A stretch of 64,000 nucleotides of DNA from the human T2T-CHM13v2.0 reference genome, Homo sapiens (GCF_009914755.1 NC_060933.1), one strand, 5' to 3'; shown: positions 19,550-43,979, numbered from the stretch's first letter. Numbers and translations are program-made. The notes: generated by a model from the sequence alone, not told the origin.

Positions 19550-19583
19550 ACACTTGATCTTAGCCAAAAGGCTAAGAAGCGAT
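19550..19583 (-). pseudogene. 3'-truncated U2 snRNA retropseudogene (U2 nt 1-34)
   Basis: Minus strand ATCGCTTCTTAGCCTTTTGGCTAAGATCAAGTGT versus U2 ATCGCTTCTCGGCCTTTTGGCTAAGATCAAGTGT (32/34; both changes fall at one CpG). Direct repeat gcaatgaacttaaaaaca at 19535-19552 and 19584-19601. Confidence 0.93.
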
Positions 19584-19614
19584 GCAATGAACTTAAAAAC
19601 AATAAAACTGACTA

Positions 19615-20438
<824 letters not shown>

Positions 20439-20459
20439 ATGTTAATCAGTTCCTACAAG

Positions 20460-21130
20460 AGTACTTCATTTATTCATTATTCATGTATTCAGCCGTGGGA
20501 GCTCTCCCAAGTGCTAGGTGGTAGATGCGCACTGGAGAACAAGTCCCAGTCCCAGACCTGGAGGACTTACAAGGCATGTAGAGAAGCTGGTGAGTAAACA
20601 AGAAGCTACAATGCAAGTATAGAGGTGATAAGCACACGGGTCTGTGGGAGTTGAGAGGACAGCACTGAACCAAGCTTGGAGCTTGGGAATATCAGGGAAG
20701 CCTTCCTGGAGGAAGGGACATCCTCTTTAACAGCAGAAATGAGAAAGAGTTAGCCAGGCAAAAGGGTGAGGGACAGAAAGAATAAGTCAACTCATGCAAA
20801 GGCCCCGAGGGAGCCTGGGAAATGTGTGGCTGGAGCAGGATGGGAGCCCCTGACACTAGAGAGCTAAGCCCGGGCTGGACCATGAATGGTCTTGTCCTTG
20901 CTCGAGGGACTGATGGGGGTCACTGAAAGTCTGTAAACGGGAGTGGCAGGGAAAGATTAGTATATTAGAAAGCTCTAAAGCATTGCTGGAGCTCAGAAGG
21001 CACGAATTTGGTGGGAAGAGTAGGAGTGGAGCAGAGAAACTGGTTAGGAGGCAGTTGCAGTAATAACGGCAGGAGTTGGTGGTAACTGGAACAAAGGGAG
21101 TCGCATCAGGATTGGAAAAAGGGGCTGGAC
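20460..21130 (-). mobile_element. L2 fragment
   Basis: cattcatt-type L2 end, followed by gggaagccttcctggaggaag and agaaactggttaggaggcagttgcagtaat. Similar L2 remnants lie at ~300-1090, ~4900-5300, ~40880-41220 and ~61810-62320. Confidence 0.65.
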
Positions 21131-21564
21131 TGGAGGATGGTGCCAGTGAATGATCGAGTTGGGGTGCAGGTGTGTGGGGTAGCCCCAGGGTTTCTGGTGG
21201 GGTGGTGCCCCTCTCTGATGGAAACAAAGGAGGAGGAGCAGGCTTAGTGCATAATCGGGTCTTATTTTCATATTTCTGATAAGATTTTCTCAAGTCTACA
21301 GCACTTCCTAAATATGTCATCACATGTGTGAGGTTTTTTGTTTTGTTTTGTTTTTTGTTTTTTGTTTTTGGTTTTTGGTTTTGTAGATCAAGGCGGCCCC
21401 CAAAACATTCTTTCTGTGTAAGGAGAGGTTACTCTGGAGAATTAAAGTAAAAGAGATGAGAGGTGCAGCAAAAAAGTCTGCTTAATTACTCCGCTGCACT
21501 TTCCCTATCCCTCTTTCATTCAACATCTACAAAGTCTGGTGCTTGGAAATAGAAAAGAATCCTG

Positions 21565-23925
<2,361 letters not shown>

Positions 23926-23981
23926 TATATTTACCTCTTGAATCCATCGATTTTATGGCATGAGGTAAGAATCTAGTTTTT

Positions 23982-25162
23982 CGGCCGCCCCTACTGGGAG
24001 GTGAGGAGCCCCTCTGCCCAGCCAGCCGCCCCGTCCGGGAGGGAGGTGGGGGGATCAGCCCCCCGCCTGGCCAGCCGCCCCGTCCGGGAAGTGAGGAGCC
24101 CCTCTGCCCGGCCAGCCGCCCCATCCGGGAGGGAGGCGGCGAGGGGGTCGGCCAGCCGCCCCGTCCGGGAGGGGGGTGGAGGGGTCAGCCCCCCGCCCGG
24201 CCAGCCGCCCTATCCGGGAGGTGAGGGGCGCCTCTGCCCGGCCGCCCCTACTGGGAAGTGAGGAGCCCCTCTGCCTGGCCAGCCGCCCCGTCCGGGAGGG
24301 AGGTGGGGGTCAGCCCCCCGCCCGGCCAGCCGCCCCATCCGGGAGGTGAGGGGCGCTTCTGCCCGGCCGCCCCTACTGGGAAGTGAGGAGCCCCTCTGCC
24401 CGGCCACGACCCCGTCTGGGAGGTGTGCCCAGCGGCTCACTGGGGATGGGCCATGATGACAATGGCGGTTTTGTGGAATAGAAAGGCGGGAAGGGTGGGG
24501 AAAAAATTGAGAAATCGGATGGTTGCCGGGTCTGTGTGGATAGAAGTAGACATGGGAGACTTTTCATTTTGTTCTGTACTAAGAAAAATTCTTCTGCCTT
24601 GGGATCCTGTTGATCTGTGACCTTATCCCCAACCCTGTGCTCTCTGAAACATGTGCTGTGTCCACTCAGGGTTGAACGGATTAAGGGCGGTGCAAGATGT
24701 GCTTTGTTGAACAGATGCTTGAAGGCAGCATGCTCGTTGAGAGTCATCACCACTCCCTAATCTTAAGTACCCAGGGACACAAACACTGCGGAAGGCAGCG
24801 GGGTCCTCTGCCTAGGAGAACCAGAGACCTTTGTTCGCTTGTTTGTCTGCTGACCTTCCCTCCACTATTGTCCTATGACCCTGCCAAATCCCCTTCTGCG
24901 AGAAACACCCAAGAATGATCAATTAAAAAAAAAAAACAAAAAAACAAATATTTACGTATGATAATGAGAAGAACACTGTCCTAGATGGCTGAAATGCTAA
25001 TAGTCTTTAATTCACTATTTTCTTATTCTGACTGTTGCAAAGATTTGTAGTTTTATTGATGATTCTCACTCATGTTCTAAAATAGGAGTTGGCAAACTAT
25101 TGGCTGCCTGTGTTTATAAATAAAGTTTTCCTAGAACACAACAAAAAAAAAAAAAAAAAAAA
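23982..25162 (+). mobile_element. 5'-truncated SVA (probably SVA_E-type) with 3' transduction
   Basis: GC-rich VNTR (~23982-24420), SINE-R (~24420-24924), internal A-tail (24925-24948), unique segment (24949-25142), terminal poly(A) (25143-25162). Perfect TSD aagaatctagttttt at 23967-23981 and 25163-25177. No hexamer or Alu-like domain. Subfamily assigned from recalled diagnostic positions. Confidence 0.95.
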
Positions 25163-25172
25163 AAGAATCTAG

Positions 25173-26855
<1,683 letters not shown>

Positions 26856-28246
26856 TCAGGGCTTCCTGGAAAAGGCTTCTACCTGGTATTTATTTAATAC
26901 CCTGGGAATAAGTGCCTAGGCCCAAGGCCTAGCCCACCTAGGGGTCAAAATGAAGCATCGCTTGCCAGGGCAGACGGCAAAGCTAAGTGTAGCAAATCCA
27001 GGTCAGGAAGCCCAGAGGAGGCCAGAGGCTGGAAAGGCAGGGGCAAAGTCTCAAATGTGGGCACATGTTGAGCATGTCAAAGAGAAAGACACCAAGGGGA
27101 CCTCAGTGAGGGGCTTGAGATCAGAGGATGTGGATGATGATCGGGAGGAGGCAGAGGTAGGGCAGTAGTGGTTGACTAACAAAGGGGCAGCAGGAGGGTG
27201 GTGACAGTCCAGAAGACTTAGAGATGATGGGGACTGAGATAGGTGGTAAGAGCGGGAGACTATGTTGGGGCTGTGGCAGCAAAGGTGACAAGGTGACAGG
27301 GTCGGGTGGGGACAGTCAAGGTGACAGGAGAGATGGGAATGAACTAGCAAGTGACAGGTTGGGTTGGAGGTGGTTGACAAAGGGTTGGTCCAGATAGCCA
27401 CAGGCTTGGGCATGGGGCAGGGGCAGGGATGGTGGCAATGCTCAAGAAGGTAACACGATGATGGGAACTGGGTCAAGTGACAGCGTGGGTAAGAAAGGGG
27501 CAGTGGTTGTGATGCAGGGATGATGGTGAGGGTGACAAATGAGTGACAGGGTCAGAGAGGAGTGATGACCATCAAGGTGACCCAGGGGTGACAGGAAGCG
27601 TGGGTGGCAATGATGTCTGTGCCAGTAGCAAGTCAGAGACACCCATCTAGCCCCCCTCCCCTGGGCCTGTTTCAACAGCGGAACTGTTTCCTAGGCCGCA
27701 GGTCTCATGACTCAGTACCATGTATCAGCCATGCCGTGGATAAGATCTCTAGGTGGAGCCACAGCCGTGGGGGCAGGCTAGGTGCCTGTGTCGGCTGTGC
27801 CCAGGCCCATCGAAGGACCCAGGCATGGAACCTTAATGTCATCTCTGCCTCCTCCCTCCTGGGTCCACATCCACTCCAATCTGGGGTTGGCCACAAACAC
27901 TTAGCCTCCTTCTCCTTACAGACTACAAAAGTTCTAGCCAGAGCTTTGTCTATTCCACCAGGCTTCTTCCACGGCTGACCCCATTAGAAGTTTCTGGGCC
28001 TCTAATTCTTTCTCGTAACTATCCCCTGTGGGGAGAGAGAAAGGAAGGTGGACTTCAAGAGGGTTCTGAATAATCCCATCCATTCATCCCACAAATATTT
28101 ATTAAACTCCTTGCAAGGTACTAGGGGCTGACTTGCACAACCAGACCTGTGTCCCTGTCTCCATGAAGCTCAGTCTGGAAGAACAATGGCAGCGAATGGC
28201 AGCCACCACTGGGACAGTGCTACTTACTTGTAACAGAGTGGGGCAA

Positions 28247-31126
<2,880 letters not shown>

Positions 31127-31989
31127 TAAACTTGGCATTCCAGGTCCTCACAGCCAAGTCCCCTCCCATTGCTGCTGCCTTCTGGCTTCATGTGTGGCTT
31201 TCAGGATCTCTCTGCTTCAGCTGTGTCTCTGTCCCTTTTCTCACACCCTGCCCTCTGATGCAATGTCCCCCTGCCCTCTCTCATCTGAATTTAAGGCTGT
31301 TAGGACCCTAGAAAATAATCCAAGAATGCTAGGCCTGGGAAAGGAAATTGAGACTCAAATCATCTCATGCCACATCCCTGTGGTACTGAGGGAGAAACTG
31401 AGGTAAAGAGTGGTAGTGGGAATTACTCTGGGTCTCAGAATAACTTGGAGGTCCTGACACCCAGGCCCCTCCCTGCACTGTGTGCATTGGTCTCTATCCA
31501 AGGTGGCAACTGGTCCCAAGTTGACTCCTTCCTGACACCCTAGGTTGGTGATGGATGAGCTTATAGGGATGACTAAGCAAGAACGGTAGGAGGCTGTGGT
31601 TCCCCAGAACCTCCCTGGCCTGGATCCTGCCTAACTTGGCCCCACACACCCTTCTAGTCTCATCTGGCATTCTCAGCTCCAGCAACACTGAACTCTGTCC
31701 AGCTCTTGCAGGTCACCCTCATCTCCTGCCTTCAGGCTTTTAGACAAGCTGTTACCTCTCCCTGGATCAGCCCACAGGCTAATTCCTTCTCATCCTTCAG
31801 GACTCAATATAAAGGTGGAGGGGCATGGGAAGGTGATGTGGGCCTTAAAAGGGCTCCGCGCTTGATTTAATGCTGTCCAAATTGCCTCTGGTTGCTTGTA
31901 TTTGCAGTATCCTCCACTAATTAGCCTTTAGATTCCATGAAGGCAGGAACAGTCCTCAGTTTCTATTTGGGAATCCATTTTTTTCAGAG

Positions 31990-32375
31990 GAAGTTGACAT
32001 CTCTCTTGGGACCGGAGGTGGGAAACATGAGGGATGGGCCCATGACCAAGCTGATATAATCAGAGTGTACCTTAGGGTGTTTACTGGAACAGCTAGTGAC
32101 AAAGATGTTCCATCTTCCCTGCTGAACATTAACAAGGAAGCATGTGGCCCGAGAGCCACTGCCAGCTCTCTTGAAACCACAGAGAATCTAGCCTTAGGAT
32201 GAGGCTGACAGCATGGAAGGAAGACAGAAGAGACAGAAAGGACATGTATGCTGGATCAAGCCTCAAGTGAAGTTTTCCTCTAAATTGTTCAGTTATGTGA
32301 GCCATTTACCACCGTTGCCCAAGCCACATTGAGTCAAATTTCCTCTTACTGGCATCCAGATGCTTTTTACCTAAT
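31990..32375 (+). mobile_element. Old MaLR LTR (MLT1-type)
   Basis: Contains MLT1-like motifs such as catgaccaagctg...aatcagagtg and ttcagttatgtgagcca...aagccacattgagtcaaattt; heavily diverged. Confidence 0.6.
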
Positions 32376-32477
32376 ATTGTGGTATATCTTATCACAATAT
32401 TATATAAGATATTAGTCATCATAGTATTTCTGGTGCTTACCATGGCCAACCTGGCATTGAAAAATAGGTGCTTGGGA

Positions 32478-34069
<1,592 letters not shown>

Positions 34070-36769
34070 TTACAAAATAAACAAGCTCTCTAGTAGAAAG
34101 GCCAGGAGATACTCTTTTCCACATGAGACTCTTCCAGGAGCCCTTCTGCAGATGTCTGCTGGCCTCTTCAACCCTGTGCCCCTCAAGGCATCCCCTACAG
34201 GTCCTCCTCTTTCCTAGCGGGAGTCCACATCCCTGGGACAGCACAGAGCATTGTCACTTTCTGTTCCGCCCCTGGCAGCTGGACCCGCCAAGGCTTCTCT
34301 CTACAGTCAGATGTCTCTGGGCTTAGAAGATGTACTCTGAGACTGGGGACCCAGGCCTGGACAGGCCACTGCCTTACCCAGTAGCTTCGTGCAAGTCACC
34401 TGTATTTGAGACTCAGCTACCTGCTCTGCAGAACTGCAGTAACGGTGTGGATCCATTGACTTCAGAGGGTAAGATGGCCCTGACTCTCGTGCCTGAGTTT
34501 CTAAACTGTGAGACAGTGGCTGCTCTATCAGTTAGAAATCAGAAGTTTTAGTCTATCCTGCTGTTCGCTTATTCAGCAAGTATTTGTCAACAGCTATGGT
34601 GTGTGCCTACCCAGGCACTCAGACTCAGCCACAGTCTACAGACCTCCCGCTTCCTGACCACTTGCTCTGAAAATCTGGGTTGTGATCTCAAAACCTAAAG
34701 ACTTCCCAATCCCACGTCCTGACCTCCGTGTCTTGTTTGGAATATCGCAACCCCCAATCCTGTACCCCCAGTCCTGTGCCCACCTCCACACACACTGCCG
34801 CTCTGTCCGACTCAGTACATAGATGTGTGGCTTCTGGCCCCACAAGGTAGGAGTGTGGGTGAGTGTGTATTCGAGTGTGAGTGCCCCTGAGAGTGTAAGG
34901 CTGTGTGAATATAAGGATGTGGAGTGTGGGTGTGTATCTGAGTGTGTTTGAGCGTGTGTGTGTAATGAGTGAGAGTCGCTGTCAGGGCTTGTTTGACTGT
35001 AGTTGGGTCAAGTATGGAGTGAGTGTGCCATGTGTGGGGGTGTGGATGAGCCAGTGTGGGTGTGCATGATTTTGTGTGAGGGTGTGCAAAGCCTCAGTCC
35101 CTCATCAGTCAAAGACACACCCTCACGTGCATGTGGGCACATATGCATTCCAAGGGTCGAAGGTGGCTAAGCTGTAAGCCCATCTTCCGATAAGGGAAGA
35201 CTTTGTCCACAGGCCAGGGATCACTCTCCCCTCCCCACCCCAACATGGAAGTGGGGATCCCCCAGCTAAAGGTTGCCTCTGTCAGGAACGAGCACCCTGA
35301 GACTGCGGCCCACGGCCCACCTCCCACCTCAAGCCAGGCCGCCTCCTCCTCTCTCTCAGCTGCTTTCCAGCCCAGCCCTGGCAGTGACCCTGGACCGAGA
35401 GGCGAAGGACGGGCTGGTGGCCAGACATTCCAGGTGCCTCCCTGGCTGTGGGGGGCATCTCCATGGAGACGAGCAGCTGACCATAACAAGATGATTATCG
35501 GGGCTCCCAGGGTCCCCCCCAGCCTCTCCCAAACAGACCTCTTCAGCACTAAGCCGTTCCAGGAAGTGTGACAAGAACCCATTGCTCCTCACAGGAGCTT
35601 CTGAAAAAGGCAGAGACCACAGAGCCATGGGATTGTCCCTGAAACAGCTTCCCCGACGCAAGAGACCAAAGAAGTTGGCCAAGGCAATTGGATCTGGTTT
35701 AAGGCTTTATCCCCAGAGATCTCTAGAAGCAGGGGACGATGCCACCCATTCCTTCTTCGCCCATTATATTTCACTCTGACCTGGAGGTATGACCAAGGCA
35801 ATAGAGGGTGGGGGCCCCTAGAGGAGTCAGGGTGGCTGGTTTGCAGCCCACTCATCACCCCACCCCACTGTCAATCTCAGCTGTCCCTAAGACGTGCCGG
35901 TTAGTGTCCCCTAGTGTGCTTTGGCCATACACGGGGCTGGGAAGGGGCACCGATCCTTTTCTGGCTCCCAAAGCTGCTGGGTCTCTCAGTGTGTTGGTGA
36001 GAGCTGGAAGAGGTCCCCAGAGTCACTGCAATTGTCCTGGTTTCTGCCCTGTTCTTGAGGAGCTAAAGTGGGATGTCAATGAGACCTCAGAAAGAACTTC
36101 CTGATAGGAGGCTGTGAAACAAGATTAGTAAACACAGATTGGGATTTTTGCTTGTGCCCTCAACCTTCTGGGATTGCCTCCTGGCCATGATGCCACATAC
36201 ACCACCCTGTGAACCCGTTTCATCGCCATCACCACTCTCAACCCCTACCATATCCCCTGAGCCCCACGACGGGATGGGATGCCCAGCCCTCCCTTTCTCA
36301 GGAGCCTGAATTTTCTGGAGAAGACCCAGGGTGGGAAAGAGTCTCTGGCTTCCATCTCCCCTAAGCCCAGGCTGCCTGGGGAAAGCTGACTCCACTGAAG
36401 CTGGAGGGACTGGGGCTTAACTCCCAGGCTGACTAAGGCCCCACAGAAGCTCCAAGCTCCCGGAACTAGAGCAGATGGCCTTGGGGAATCAGGCGTCACT
36501 TGCAAGCCTGTCTTCATGCTTTCCTTCCCCACGGTACATAGGGAGCTCAGAAGGAGTCATCGTCACCATCGTTATAGCCTGCACTTCCAAAGCCCTTCCT
36601 GCCACATCTGGCATTGTTCTGATGCGTGTGTTAATCCACTTACCCCGCCTTGCACAACCTAATGAGGTAGATACTATTACTATCCCCATTTCACAGAGGA
36701 AGAAACTGATATTCAGAGAGGTGACATCAGTCAGGGATGCCGCAGGCACAGATAGTGTCCTCTGAGGCT

Positions 36770-37100
36770 TCACTGAAGAGAGCCTGAGGAGGGACTATTT
36801 ACAGAGGTGGCGGTAGAGTCAAGGGGACCAACCAGGGACGGCTTGGGGACTAACCAACAGCAGCCGTTCCCCCTCAGCCAGAAGAGGCAAGGGGAGAGCA
36901 GTGTTCTAGAATGCAGGAAAAACCAGAGCCCTGGAAAAGGCGTGAATAGCCTGACCTTTATCCCCCCACCCTTCCTGCCCTCTGGTTTCCTAGCTGTGTC
37001 TCCCATTTGCCAAACCCAGCTGGAAGCCTGAGGGCAAGAAGGCCCCGGGAATGCCGCCCCGCCCGTAGAGATTAGCCTCCTGAGACACAGAACAGGATAG
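36770..37100 (-). mobile_element. Old ERVL-type LTR fragment (LTR33/LTR16-like)
   Basis: Contains gggactatttacagaggtg and cccatttgccaaacccagctggaagcctgagggcaag, motifs I associate with these families. Confidence 0.45.
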
Positions 37101-38090
37101 GGATTGGATCTGGAGCAGATGGAGACTCCCACCCACCCAAGATCCCGTGGCTGGGAAAGGCTCGTTTGGAACCTAGGTAATCTGCATTCAGAGCCCTACT
37201 CCCTGAGATGTTGCGAAATGCTCTCTGGGGAAGGGATTGAGAAGACTGGGGTCTAGTGCATGCTCTGCCGCTCTGCTCTGTGACTCTAGATGAGACTCTA
37301 GTTTTGCCTTTACACAAAGAGGAGGTGTCCCCTCCTGGCACCCTCCACAGCCTAGGTGCCCAGACCAGACACATCCTCTGTGTTTCCACTGCCACCCCCT
37401 CCCTTACCTCAGACAAACCTGGCACCAAAAGCCAAAGCCCGGGACATGGAGATGCTGAGTCCCTGAGGAGCCCATCCCTAGCTGGGGGCAGACGCACTCA
37501 TTCCCCTGCCCCCGTCAGACTCCGAGGTTCTACCCAGGAAGCCTCCTTCCAGTCTCCCTGGTGGCCCCAGGGTCTCCATCTCCATATTTCCTTTCTTTGT
37601 ACTACCACATTCCCAGGGCCCATAGCTCAGGGGTCCTACCCGCAAGACAGGCTCCCTCCTCCCAGCCAGAAGGTTCGAGGCCCTGCTTAGGCCAGCAACC
37701 TCACAAACTGTTCCTCGGGGATCCAGGCTGTCTCTGGCCCCTGGGGTCCCTGTACTGGGTGGAGTAGTCCCTCTTCTCCCCTTCCCACCCCACCCAACTC
37801 TACCCCACCCACGTTTCCCCAAGCCTAGAAGTGCCCCACCTAGGTTTTCAGAAAAACAAAATCAAGAGGAAAGAGGAAGGAGGGAGCTCATTACCAGGAA
37901 TTAAGGAGGAGGCCTGCCCTAGGGGAACACAAGTGAGACTTGGCTGGCAGGCAGAGATATGCACTGAGTACATGGAGGTGTACTCAAAGTACACTGAGAG
38001 AGGGGCTCAGAGGAACATGCAGAGATGTGATCTGAGGGTCACAGTCCAGGATGTTCACTCAGAGGTACACAAAGAAAGACCCAGACACAA

Positions 38091-39373
<1,283 letters not shown>

Positions 39374-41671
39374 GGGAGAAGACACCTTCCTAAAGGAGAT
39401 GAAGAGTTGTTTTGCTAGAACTTTCTGACAGCCAGAACTGCTGGTGGAAGGTACACCTGGAGGTGGGGTGAGGAGGTGGGGAGCTTCCCTTCTACCCCTG
39501 GAGGGGTGACACAGCTGCTGCCTGGCTCATGTCCCTTTCAGCCCCTGCCCTGACCCACTGCTCCTGGTCCTGGCCGGGCCTTACCCTCTCTCACATGGCC
39601 TGACCCTCCAGGCAACACGTTCCCTTGGTTGCGGCCACGTGCTTCTTTGCCCTGCATCCTGTGTGTGAGCCCCTCTTGTCTCCCCTCCATCTCTCCCAAG
39701 AGCCTTCTGAAGTCAGGACACAGCACGCTATCGCCCTCACACTTCCTCCCTCCCCTTTCTCGGGAAATTCAGAATCCATGGAAGGAATCTGAGGAGGAAG
39801 AGGATATTGAATTCAATGACCTTTAAAAAAAACAGCCTTTAGCATCCTCCCTCCACTGCCTCCCCACCCCCATCTCTGGTTCTGCAGGAAAAATCATGAG
39901 GTGACATTTATTGAGGATTTACCATCTGCTAATCACTGTGTTAAGTCCTTTCCATGAATCATCTTCCATTATTTCCTCCTCTCAATATCTCCCAATTCAC
40001 AGATAAGGGAGGTTCAGGAAAAGAACATGACTACCCCAAGGTCACCCAGCTAGAGAATCCTTGCTGGGCCAGGTGGCAGCACCAAAAGTGCTGCCAACAC
40101 CCCCTAGGCTGACTGGTCAGGGTCAGCAGCAGGATTTGAGAGAAATGGGTGACAGAAGGACATGGGGCATGCTGGGGAGGACAGCAAGGTGAGGGCAGCC
40201 CAGGTGGGACTGGTGTGGCTGGAATGACCCTCTGCAGCCGTATTCCCCTCCCAAGGTTTGCCCTTCCTCCCCCCAGGGCCTGGGAAGGGGACACTCCCTC
40301 TGGCTCAGGTCCCTCCAGCATTCCAGACACGCCTCTTGGGAGCTGGGGACAAAGAAGGGATAGAAACCTAAAATGGTATTGCCTTCTCCTGCCCTCACCT
40401 CCGTAGGCAGATTCTTGGCTGTGTGACCCTGTGTTTGCCACCCGCCCTCTCTGGACCATGATCTCATCTGTGAAGGCTGGAGAGCAAAAGCTGGCTTAGC
40501 TTCTAAAAACCACAATTCGCCTGCCACACCCAGGGATCCTCTGGCTCCCATGGGGTTCGCTCAGAGGAGGGATTGGGTAGGGGATGCCTTCCCTTGTATT
40601 GCATGAAGTTTCCCTTGATGAAACTTGAGGAGGGTATGGTAAGGAAGAAGCAAATGAGAAAAGCTTCCTGTTCTCAGGTGTGCCGAGCCCGTTGCTTTTC
40701 TGGGCAAGTCAGAGCGCCAGAGTCAGTCTTCCAACCCCCTGCCTTACTGGGCACAGAGGTGCCTCTGTAGAAGTGAAGAAATGACTGAAGAAATGAAGCA
40801 GAAGGGGAGATGAGCGTGAACGCAACTGCGGGTCTTGGCACTTAAGACAGCTGACTAGAAGTTGCTGGAAGAGTGAGGCAGAGCAGGGATGGCTTCCCGG
40901 AGGAAGAGGCGTTAAAGCAGATCATGAGGACTTTAATGAGCAAAGATGTGAGTTGGGACTTTGGAGCAAAGTCTGAAGACACAAAAACACAGAAACACAT
41001 AAAGTAGGCTGAGGTGGATGGAGCCATGTGAGAGGAGGGGTAGGCTCCTGACCCTACCTGGAGGTCCTGAACGCCAGATGGAGCATTGTGGATGGTCTCC
41101 AGATGGGCACTTTCAGCAGAGGTTTTGAAGAGATCCCTCTGGTTGCTTTGTGGACTGACTGGGGCAGGCCTGGAGGCAGGGAGGCTGCCAGGGGGGCTGT
41201 GGCCAAGGTCTGGGTGGAGGTTATGGAGCCTGAATAGCTGCAGGTTGTGGAGGACAATACAGGTTCCCAGTCTGATGGGTCTCCTCCAGGAACAGGGAAC
41301 TCACCACCTCCTGGGCAGCAGTTCTCCCCATTGGGTAGCTCTGCAGCAAGATCTTCCCTGCATAGGGCTCAAGCCTTTCTGGGGTGATGTGTGGGTACAG
41401 GGATTGGGAAGAAGATTCCATTCATTATGCTGGGGGTACCCATGAGGACGGAAACTTGGGGGAAAGTTTGGGACCACTGAGTTCAAACTGAGAGCCTTGG
41501 TGAAGAGGCTCTCTAACCTCTCTGTATGACCCCCAGGGTAACCTGACCAGATCAGACACTCAGCCGGGCACCCTGGGTCAGTGTGGGCATGCGGAAGCTC
41601 CTTAACTGGCCCCAGAAAAGCAGCAGAGCAAGCAGAAAGATATTTGCACAACTGGAGGTTTTAGGCACATA

Positions 41672-41682
41672 TTTATTTTATT
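41672..41682 (-). terminator. AQP3 polyadenylation signals (two overlapping AATAAA)
   Basis: Plus-strand tttatt at 41672-41677 and 41677-41682. Confidence 0.85.
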
Positions 41683-42210
41683 TTTTTTAATATAAAAGTA
41701 AAAGAGTACATTGTTGAGTAGAGGATTAAAGGAGTGACGACCCTTTCTAAAGTGGGGTCTCCCATCCCGGATCCCTAAGACTGTAACATCTGCTACATAC
41801 ATTAAAAACAAAACAAAACAAAAGCAAACATGAAACTTATGACCTGACTTCACTCCACCCTTCATGCCTGCATTATGACAGAAACACGTCCCACTGCTCC
41901 TACTTATGTATGTACATCCAGAGCTCCAAACCTAAGCTGTGGCCCCCTCCTCCCAGCCCTACCCACATCCACCCTACTTCCCAAAAGCCTGTAGAAGCCC
42001 CCACTTAGAAAAAAAGGCAGACATACACATACACAGAAACACATATCTATCTGCAGCTCCTCCATGTGAAGCCCCTGAAACATACACACCCTGGAACTTT
42101 CCTCTCCTTATGCACAGATGGACAGGCTGCCTTCCCCTGTCTCTGGGCTCCCCCAATAGCCAGAATCCCTTCCGACTGGTCCCTTGCCCTGAATATCTGG
42201 GAACCCCCCC

Positions 42211-42270
42211 CACACACACACACCCCTGCACACACATGCACACACATGCACACACATGCACACACACACA
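42211..42270. repeat. CA-rich tract with (CACACATGCA)x3 in the AQP3 3' UTR
   Basis: A 10-bp unit repeated exactly at 42231-42260 and flanked by CA runs. Confidence 0.9.
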
Positions 42271-42541
42271 TACCTGCTGCCCATTCTCTTCCCTTGGGAG
42301 ACAAAAGGATGTATTGACCCAAATTCCGGTTCCACCCCAGCTTAGGGGCAGTGGCCTAAGGTGCTATTTGGGCAAGGTCCAGTGGAAATCCTGAAGGGGC
42401 TGTCTCGTGGGGTGAGGGTAGATAGGGAGCTCCTTAGCCTGAAAGGGTGGATCGTGAAGGGGGCTTCTTGGGAGTGGCCCTTGGACAGTCAGTGGATGCT
42501 CAAGGCCAGGGCAGCGGAGTGGGGAGATGGCCCCTGCCCAC

Positions 42542-43101
<560 letters not shown>

Positions 43102-43332
43102 TTAAACTCTTGTCAGCGCCCGCCCATGCTCTTCTCCTGAAAGCAATGGTGCTAGAATGTCTGCGTGACAAGAACCCGCTGGAGAGCCGCATGTTTTGTA
43201 AGTACTTGCCACCATGTTCTGATGCGGGTTACCCCACAGATTGGAGAAACCCTGCTACAGTCGAGGAGTCCTGTCCCCCAACCAGCCCATGAGCTACCAA
43301 GGCAACTCGGTCCCCTCCCTGCGTTCCCCTCA

Positions 43333-43638
<306 letters not shown>

Positions 43639-43706
43639 TTATTGCCCAACTTGTTTCTTTCCCTTCGTGCCCCCTACCTTGACCCTGTGCGTGAATGAGT
43701 GAGTCA

Positions 43707-43979
<273 letters not shown>

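Larger units (their letters stand above)
41655..42541 (-). other. AQP3: AQP3 3' UTR (~890 nt; 3' end approximate)
   Basis: Runs from the stop codon to just past the tandem AATAAA signals at 41672-41682. Confidence 0.85.
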
